Assembly: GCA_002842755.1 (NCBI GenBank)
Contig: PHDU01000003.1
Span: forward strand, 4,414 to 68,413
Reading direction: 5' to 3'
Length of the DNA stretch: 64,000 bases
DNA from: Bacteroidetes bacterium HGW-Bacteroidetes-1
Lineage (GTDB): Bacteria; Bacteroidota; Bacteroidia; Bacteroidales; F082
How positions within the stretch are numbered: the first letter of the stretch is position 1; each line of letters begins with the position of its first letter. The position numbers were made by a program, and so were the translations under genes. Of this stretch, positions 58,901-64,000 are shown one piece after another. Below the pieces are notes generated by a model, which did no database searches, was not told the DNA's origin, and worked only from the letters and a program-made list of their open reading frames with translations.

Positions 58901-59711
58901 CTTTTCGTGAAGTTCCGAACGCATAATTGCCATCCGACAAGGCAGCACCACAAGTCACGGGATTTTTCATCAACAATTCGTTCACATTTGCATTCAAAGG
59001 CCGAACCGAACTACCGTTTAATACAAATAAACCTTGTGTACTTGTTGCAACTAAAATCTCATTGTTTAAAAAAGGAAGCATTACTGTTACTACGGTTGGT
59101 CCGGAAAACAGCTCTTCATCGCCAATAGCGGTAAGGCTGCCATCCTGAAAAGTCATCAAACCTGTTACTCTGAGTTGAAGATAAATGGTTTCATGCACTA
59201 AAAAAGCTCCTAAGATATCATTTGGAGACGACCAAATTTCAACACTTCCTTCAGAAAGACTAAAAATCATTTTTTCTGAGATGAAAAAAACATGATTTTC
59301 AACAATAAAAATCTGTAATATTTCATTGAAATCAGGCGTATCATTCTGCATATTATTCAATAAACTAATAAAATGCAATTCGCCTTTTTTATCAGGTTCA
59401 AGAAATCCAATTTCACCTCTTGCACCAACATAAACTCTTCCATGCGAATCTATTGCGAGTGCTGAAACTTTTGTTCCATTTCCTGTTTGTATCAAACGCC
59501 AGGTTTCTCCATCATACTGCATTACTCCGGCAAAATTGCCAAAATAAAGCATCCCATGCGGGTCGCTTATAATGGAGAAATTCTGTGCATGAGCATTATA
59601 ATCTGCTGTAGTATAATTCTTTATATAAGGAAATCCAATCTCATTCCCTGACTGACCGACAGAAATCACCGGAATGATCAAGAATAGGAAGGCTATGATT
59701 AAGTTATTCAT
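55992..59711 (-). CDS. Sensor histidine kinase with periplasmic propeller repeats plus a Y_Y_Y domain (no receiver domain)
   Basis: 1239 aa. After the signal peptide come propeller blades and a Y_Y_Y region (YLEGFDDTWSDWSDHSTKEYTNIPGGRYVFHVRA). The TM helix is WSLVLYLLFTGGIIYLIVVL, followed by a coiled coil and a GAF-like spacer. Kinase motifs: H-box GIAHEIQNPLNFV, N-box LNILNNAFYAV, G1 DNGTGIP, G2 GTGLGLS. Confidence 0.85.
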   Translation of the reverse strand: MNNLIIAFLFLIIPVISVGQSGNEIGFPYIKNYTTADYNAHAQNFSIISDPHGMLYFGNFAGVMQYDGETWRLIQTGNGTKVSALAIDSHGRVYVGARGEIGFLEPDKKGELHFISLLNNMQNDTPDFNEILQIFIVENHVFFISEKMIFSLSEGSVEIWSSPNDILGAFLVHETIYLQLRVTGLMTFQDGSLTAIGDEELFSGPTVVTVMLPFLNNEILVATSTQGLFVLNGSSVRPLNANVNELLMKNPVTCGAALSDGNYAFGTSRKGVFIINPEGDILQMIDTDASLLDSFVRSMYLSNNNLLWVALNNGISMIEIPSPFTYFDKKSGLEGGINYIIRFENTLYVATYNGLYYYDAELFRFMQIKEIISSCWNIVPFEGKLFAATSQGIFMVEDKSASKINDAFSISLAISSKDPNCLYVGETGGFYCLKKEASKWSYKKIEGVQTEIMKLKTDNQGFIWGTTLTNKVFRYTPGDTIPVFYNQDSGLPENAGLAINPLENGMSVSGRNGVYRFNELHHTFDSIRLIHDRNEISKEWYALIVPDSNGNLWINDGDETQIKMLEKRNEGYRIVSEPFLPIASNVIWSIYPEENGIIWFGGPDGLIRYNSEVVNQNTRLFPGLIRKIRINNDSVHYEGNFDRSNEKMIIDFNENTLLFEFCAPYYAVKGNVQYQYYLEGFDDTWSDWSDHSTKEYTNIPGGRYVFHVRAINIFGAISQEAEVSFQVLYPWYYSIWSLVLYLLFTGGIIYLIVVLRNQKLIKEKRILEDRIARRTAEVVQQKEEIENQSQELANKNDELEKINSAIKSINAEINFENLLQSLLEKMKIIRSAEKSLALVFDKNSKTYKIKACIGYSLSELDLLNITLPEAENRYLKNTEEVFEDIFIKSDFSSFNESEVLQKFVKPKSMMILVIRIENKIEAFLLFENHSRVDAFEARDISLIKNSKEHIISAIIRTQILEDLQETLNNLKETQNQLIQSEKLASLGQLTAGIAHEIQNPLNFVNNFAKLSVSLANELQETVEEIKDNFPKDKYEDVEEVIGMITGNIVKINDHGKRIESIVKGMLQHSRGKTGEFEHIDINNLVSEYVNLAYHGMRAKEQSFNTALRTQLDPEVGNASVLPQEISRVLLNILNNAFYAVDEKSKKESGAFKPEVIISTKKIQDKIEIRIKDNGTGIPDHVIEKIFNPFFTTKPTGKGTGLGLSMSFDIINKIHKGLLEVKSVAGESTEFIITIPVKQS

Positions 59712-59717
59712 ACTATT

Positions 59718-62700
59718 TCAATTAGTCGCGTTAACTATATTGGAAATGAACAATTTTTCAGCAAGCTCATTTGTACTCATCATAAATTCATACAGTGCAA
59801 AGATTGGGACTTCTATAATAATACCATCAGCACTTTTCAAATAAGCTATTTGAGAATCCTGTATATTTTCAATGTTCCTGTTTATTGACTTTTTTATCTC
59901 AATTTCAGGAAACATGGTTAAGAATCGGATAATGTCAATTTCTGAAACAGTTGTAAAAAGATCAGTATCTTTTAGAAGTCCAACTTTTTCAAACATTAAA
60001 AATTCTTTTTTTTGCCCGTGTAAGTTGATCAGTTTTTCTAAACCAACGATTTCCTTGTTACCTCTTTTCTTGAGGCTACTCATAATCTGCTCATAGTATG
60101 TCAGGTTCAAATGATGAAGTGAAGTTGCAGCAACTTCACTCAAAAGTCTGTCATTATGCACAAGATTAGCGGCCAATACTCTTTCGGCCTGAAGGTTATC
60201 TTCCTTTTTAAGTATTCCTAAAATTTTCAAGGCACAAGTCTTTGAATATCTATTTGTCAGAAGGTATTCTTTATTAAGGATGTCATAAATTCTTTCTTTT
60301 GGATTTAGTTTTTCCTGCGGGAACGTAAAGGTAAAACGATTCAGTCTTTCTTGAATCGGAAGATCTTCAAAAATCGGAAAGAAAATCTCTTTAATGTCAT
60401 CACTAATCATCATATCACCTATTTCAAGCGCATAAACTTTTGCGTTGGCATCTTTACTTTCAATATGTTCGCGTATATGGTTGATAGTTGTTATATCATA
60501 AATGAGAGAAAGAAGGAAGAATAGATGTTCTTTCTGCCCTTCCATTTCTGCCAGTAAAGCCATCTTCAATTCAAAAGATTCTTCAAAATCATGCAAGTCT
60601 TGCAAAGAAGCCAGCAACCATAGAATATATTCGACAGTTTCTTCAATTATTGTTTTTAAAGGTTGAATCTCAGAGGCTACAGCCTGATAATTCCTGTTGC
60701 TTAATGAAACTAAAGCCTGATTGCGAACGTCTTTATTAGGGAAGAACATTTTGTCTCTTAAAAATTTGATTGCCTTACCGCCCTCAAGTGTTTCATAAAG
60801 TTTCAGAATTCTAATTTGAACCAGCACATTTCCACTTGATTTGTCAAACAAATGCTCAACTTCTGACAAAATAGGTTCACCAATTCTTTGTACTGCTAAT
60901 AATGCAGCTCCAGCGTAGTGTGGAATAGAAAGATTCTCTGTAATAAAAGGCCAAAGTTCATAACGTTTTACTTTACCGCTTGCAATGATGACAGCCCTCT
61001 TAACTTCTAAACTGGAATCTTTCGTGAGGCCATGCAACAATTTGATCGTGCTATACTTACCTGAGGAACCCAATAGATATACTGCTTTCAGCCTTTCAAA
61101 AGGTTCAGTTGATTTACAAAGTTGAGCAATTTCATCAAATGACATGTTTTCAGCATATTGAAGATACTCAAGCGTTGTCCTGATCCGTAACTTTAATTCT
61201 TCTGAATACAAATCAGTATTTAATCCTTTCACAAAGCGAACAGAATTTACCATTTGCCTGTCAAGCAATTTATTCAGAATCATCAACTTGACAGCTTCTG
61301 GCGCTTCGTCAAACATCAGCTCTAATATTTCCTCAGTAAAAACGGGGTTAGCTATTTCACAAATTTTGAAGATTCTCTCAAAATCTTCTTCACTGGCAGA
61401 TTTCAGTTTCTGATTTACAATCTCATTGAGCGATCTATGAATTGAAGTTTTATCTGATTTCAATTCATGCAACTTCGATTTAAGCATGTTCCTATAAGCT
61501 TCATACATTTTGACCGCAATCCAGATCCAAAAAGACAAAACCAGGATGAAAAACCAGTTGTAATGAATAAGGTTGAAAGAATGAATGGTTGAAAAAAGCA
61601 AGATAACAACGCCGGTAATTACAGTTCCAAGTGCTTTTGGGATACCTTCAATCTGGTTTTGAAAAATAAGACGTTGATTTACAGGCACTGGCTGATATAA
61701 TAATTGGAATGCCGGTTCGTAGAATGCTGATCTTACTGAACGCTCAAAAAGACGGGCCATGGAGATGAAAGCAAAAAATAAACCCACTGCCCCATACAAA
61801 CTACCAAATGTAGCAGCAATAAAAATGGAGGCTAAAAGTATGACCGGAAGTGAAATCATGCTCGGTTTCAAGCCATATTTATCAAGAAAACGACCTGAAA
61901 TAAGTTTAAAAACCAATTCAATAAAGGCAACAAATCCAAGAAAAATACCAAAGAATCCTGCTATCGTTTCTGGATTATTGGCAAATTCGATTTTTGTTTG
62001 AGATAAAAACAGAAAGTCGACAAAAAGATATCCGAAAATAGGCAGTAACGCCATGAGTGAAATAAGCATAAAATAGGGTTCTTTAACCAGTTTCCAATAG
62101 CTGGTTTCGGGCACTTTTTTTATGATGGTCTTTTGATTTAATGTATTGGATTCGGACAACTGATCTTTAAACGTACGCAGAATTATCTGTGCCATTATAA
62201 AACATAAAAGCAAAGTAGCTGAGGATAGAAAAAGAAGTTCAGAAGCCTTTAGAAAATTAAGTATCAGAGGAATTGAAAAATATCCTATCATAACGGAAAT
62301 AACTTCTCCGATTCCAATCAAGCCAAAAATTCTTTTCCCCTGTCTGATGTTAAAAAGCTTTCCTGCAATTCCCCAGAAGGTTACCAGTGTCATGTAAACA
62401 ACAATTCTTACCCAGGTGTACATTATAAAAATAAGCCATGAGTTGTTAAGCACATACACTCCAATGCTTATAGCAAGTACTGTAATAAAAACGAACACCA
62501 TCTTCACAAGCACCTGGTTTGAAAATGATAATCTTCGGTCTATTTTCGAAAATGCAAGCCAGGCCAGATAAATAAGTACGCCGGAAACAATGAATGAAAC
62601 GGGTATCATTGAAGGCTTAAAATGCCTCAGAAATATGGCATTTGATGCAGTAAAATAAAAGGACAATGTAAGTCCGGTGAAAAAGGAGAATGCGATCAGC

Positions 62701-62768
62701 AAATAAACGGCCTTTGATTCCTCAGGCCGGATGTTCATGATCTTTAATATCCTGGATTCCTTTTTCAT
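59718..62768 (-). CDS. Fusion protein: 12-TM MFS-fold carrier resembling TLC (ATP/ADP translocase, Npt1/Npt2) family, plus a HEAT-repeat cytoplasmic domain and a degenerate cNMP-binding-like C-terminus
   Basis: 1016 aa. I count 12 hydrophobic helices in residues ~20-440. The motif TFWGIAGKLFNIRQGKRIFGLIGIGEVIS resembles the TLC FW..an.....AKR.Y.l.g.G pattern. Residues ~450-900 are alpha-helical HEAT-like repeats (e.g. ERLKAVYLLGSSGKYSTIKLLHGLTKDSSLEVKRAVIIASG). The last ~100 aa begin like a cNMP-binding domain (MFEKVGLLKDTDLFTTVSEIDIIRFL). Confidence 0.6.
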   Translation of the reverse strand: MKKESRILKIMNIRPEESKAVYLLIAFSFFTGLTLSFYFTASNAIFLRHFKPSMIPVSFIVSGVLIYLAWLAFSKIDRRLSFSNQVLVKMVFVFITVLAISIGVYVLNNSWLIFIMYTWVRIVVYMTLVTFWGIAGKLFNIRQGKRIFGLIGIGEVISVMIGYFSIPLILNFLKASELLFLSSATLLLCFIMAQIILRTFKDQLSESNTLNQKTIIKKVPETSYWKLVKEPYFMLISLMALLPIFGYLFVDFLFLSQTKIEFANNPETIAGFFGIFLGFVAFIELVFKLISGRFLDKYGLKPSMISLPVILLASIFIAATFGSLYGAVGLFFAFISMARLFERSVRSAFYEPAFQLLYQPVPVNQRLIFQNQIEGIPKALGTVITGVVILLFSTIHSFNLIHYNWFFILVLSFWIWIAVKMYEAYRNMLKSKLHELKSDKTSIHRSLNEIVNQKLKSASEEDFERIFKICEIANPVFTEEILELMFDEAPEAVKLMILNKLLDRQMVNSVRFVKGLNTDLYSEELKLRIRTTLEYLQYAENMSFDEIAQLCKSTEPFERLKAVYLLGSSGKYSTIKLLHGLTKDSSLEVKRAVIIASGKVKRYELWPFITENLSIPHYAGAALLAVQRIGEPILSEVEHLFDKSSGNVLVQIRILKLYETLEGGKAIKFLRDKMFFPNKDVRNQALVSLSNRNYQAVASEIQPLKTIIEETVEYILWLLASLQDLHDFEESFELKMALLAEMEGQKEHLFFLLSLIYDITTINHIREHIESKDANAKVYALEIGDMMISDDIKEIFFPIFEDLPIQERLNRFTFTFPQEKLNPKERIYDILNKEYLLTNRYSKTCALKILGILKKEDNLQAERVLAANLVHNDRLLSEVAATSLHHLNLTYYEQIMSSLKKRGNKEIVGLEKLINLHGQKKEFLMFEKVGLLKDTDLFTTVSEIDIIRFLTMFPEIEIKKSINRNIENIQDSQIAYLKSADGIIIEVPIFALYEFMMSTNELAEKLFISNIVNATN

Positions 62769-62777
62769 GCGTCAGGT

Positions 62778-63659
62778 TTATTTACACAACAATGGATGTA
62801 AAGGAATTTCATATTTGCTGCTTAAATCGTTCACTGCAGGCAATTTAAGTATTGCTTTGATCGTAGCTGGTATTTGCTTTTCAAAATCGATGACATCTAC
62901 ACGGCCAGTCATTCCGGCCACTTTATTTGAAAAAATTGATTCAATAAGCTCCACGCCCATCCATCCTCCTACGGATGTAATCTTATCGTCAAGGGTAAGG
63001 ATACTATCAGGATAACTACCATTGGTTAGACAGATATTTACTGGTGGAGAAATTCCTACAATAGGCCCCCTATCGATAACGTCAGTTACCTCATGAATGA
63101 CGAGGTTAGAAGTTTTCATGCCATTTTTAATGGTAAGCTGAAATGGCTGCGATCCAACTCCAATATTATTTAACAGATCGGATGGGTGAAAATTATAGGA
63201 TCCCATCACAGGGAATTTGTGGGTCACTGTGTCAACTATCTGACCGAAGCAAAACATGAGCATGGTTTCCGGATTCCATGCATTAAAAATTTCATGAAAA
63301 TAATCTGTTTTAATAGCACCAGAATAACAAGGAATACCTAACCCAATTGAAGTATCAATGATTCTTTGAAATAAAAAACGATGTTCTTCTTTCGTAAATT
63401 CATTCCAAATTCTTTTTTTTATTGAAATTCTTGCATCAGGATCCAAAGGATCGTCGGTTACAATTCCGACAATATTAAGTTTTTCTGGGTATAAGGCTTC
63501 AAAATTTGCAAGATTCTTTAACAATAGGTAGCCACTGTTGCAGCTAACAAACAATACCGCTCTGAGACCAACTTTTTTTTCTGCTTTTGGCCTTAGTGGC
63601 TTGTAAAAGCCACCCCAACAGGAATTTTTATTTTTAATAATTTTAAAGCTATCTGACAT
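62778..63659 (-). CDS. Formyltransferase-fold (Formyl_trans_N-like) protein
   Basis: 293 aa. SYNFHPSDLL corresponds to the N-x-H-P-S formyltransferase motif. VIHEVTDVIDRGPIVG corresponds to the catalytic Asp loop (D.G.I). An N-terminal Rossmann-like strand is RAVLFVSCNSG...IVGIVTDDP. Confidence 0.6.
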   Translation of the reverse strand: MSDSFKIIKNKNSCWGGFYKPLRPKAEKKVGLRAVLFVSCNSGYLLLKNLANFEALYPEKLNIVGIVTDDPLDPDARISIKKRIWNEFTKEEHRFLFQRIIDTSIGLGIPCYSGAIKTDYFHEIFNAWNPETMLMFCFGQIVDTVTHKFPVMGSYNFHPSDLLNNIGVGSQPFQLTIKNGMKTSNLVIHEVTDVIDRGPIVGISPPVNICLTNGSYPDSILTLDDKITSVGGWMGVELIESIFSNKVAGMTGRVDVIDFEKQIPATIKAILKLPAVNDLSSKYEIPLHPLLCK

Positions 63660-63672
63660 AATCAGTTAAAAG

Positions 63673-64000
63673 TTAGAATTCATAAGAGATATTGAGTAGG
63701 AAATGCCGGCCACGTTGCAAAATTGCTGTAGGACTTGTAATACCTTCTGCTGCTTTTGTTCCTGGATGATAGTAAGTTGCATTAAGAATATTGTTACACA
63801 CCAACTGAAGTGAAAGCCCGGAGATTATTTTCGGATTGGAATAATTAATAGCGCTGTTTAGAATTGTTGCTGCCGGAAAATTATCTGTGTTCAATGGAAC
63901 AGTGGTTCCATCACCAACCGGCCTCTTACCTGTATAATTTAGTCTTAAATTAACATTCAAATGATCAAAAAATAATTTCTCGGCCCCTATATTAAACTGA
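63673..64000 (-). CDS. TonB-dependent receptor (C-terminal end only; the N-terminus lies beyond the right window edge)
   Basis: The ORF ends ...GRHFLLNISYEF with a terminal aromatic residue, typical of TBDR/OMP beta-barrels. My translation shows the frame stays open to position 64000 (QFNIGAEKLFFDHLNVNLRLNYTGK...). Confidence 0.7.
   Translation of the reverse strand, partial: QFNIGAEKLFFDHLNVNLRLNYTGKRPVGDGTTVPLNTDNFPAATILNSAINYSNPKIISGLSLQLVCNNILNATYYHPGTKAAEGITSPTAILQRGRHFLLNISYEF

Noticed and set aside
1-64000. Search by eye for rRNA, tRNA, CRISPR arrays or long tandem repeats in all intergenic gaps of 100 nt or more
   Set aside because: None of the roughly 27 gaps shows tRNA-like GC-rich cloverleaf arms, regularly spaced direct repeats or rRNA-like sequence. 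I cannot exclude short sRNAs without a covariance-model scan.

Overview
The window looks like a Bacteroidota chromosomal segment. Support for that assignment: a T9SS C-terminal sorting domain, DUF5683/DUF5103/DUF3276-type genes, repeated TAnnTTTG -7 promoter boxes, the parA-parB-DUF5683-dapB-lepB synteny, and about 38-40% GC by eye. It is densely coding, with about 55 CDS.

Most genes are housekeeping:
- Polyamine, replication and repair: speA, trxA, dnaE, a RelA/SpoT homologue, yebC, rmuC, a MutS-related ATPase.
- Division and envelope: ftsK, lolA, cyclophilin, lepB, dapB, parAB.
- Translation and others: rpsF-rpsR-rplI, a TrmH-family methyltransferase, radC, wecB.
- Respiration: a complete Na+-NQR operon nqrABCDEF followed by apbE.
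- Hydrogenase maturation: hypF and hypCDE, with no hydrogenase structural genes and no hypA/hypB in view.

I found no rRNA, tRNA or CRISPR array by eye.

Items worth a second look:
1. A tightly packed five-gene minus-strand operon at the right end: TonB-dependent receptor, formyltransferase-fold protein, a 1016-aa TLC-like carrier fused to HEAT repeats, a propeller/Y_Y_Y histidine kinase with no response regulator, and a small secreted protein. This matches no characterised system I know.
2. A DnaE with an intact N-terminal DEDDh proofreading exonuclease fused to it.
3. A small TM plus Cys-rich ORF abutting apbE that may be an NqrM-like factor.
4. A degraded ISL3-like transposase remnant directly upstream of an orphan 2-oxoacid dehydrogenase E2 gene.
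5. A Cys-rich zinc-ribbon protein convergent with hypE.

All functional calls rest on motif and family recognition from the translated ORFs. No database search was possible.
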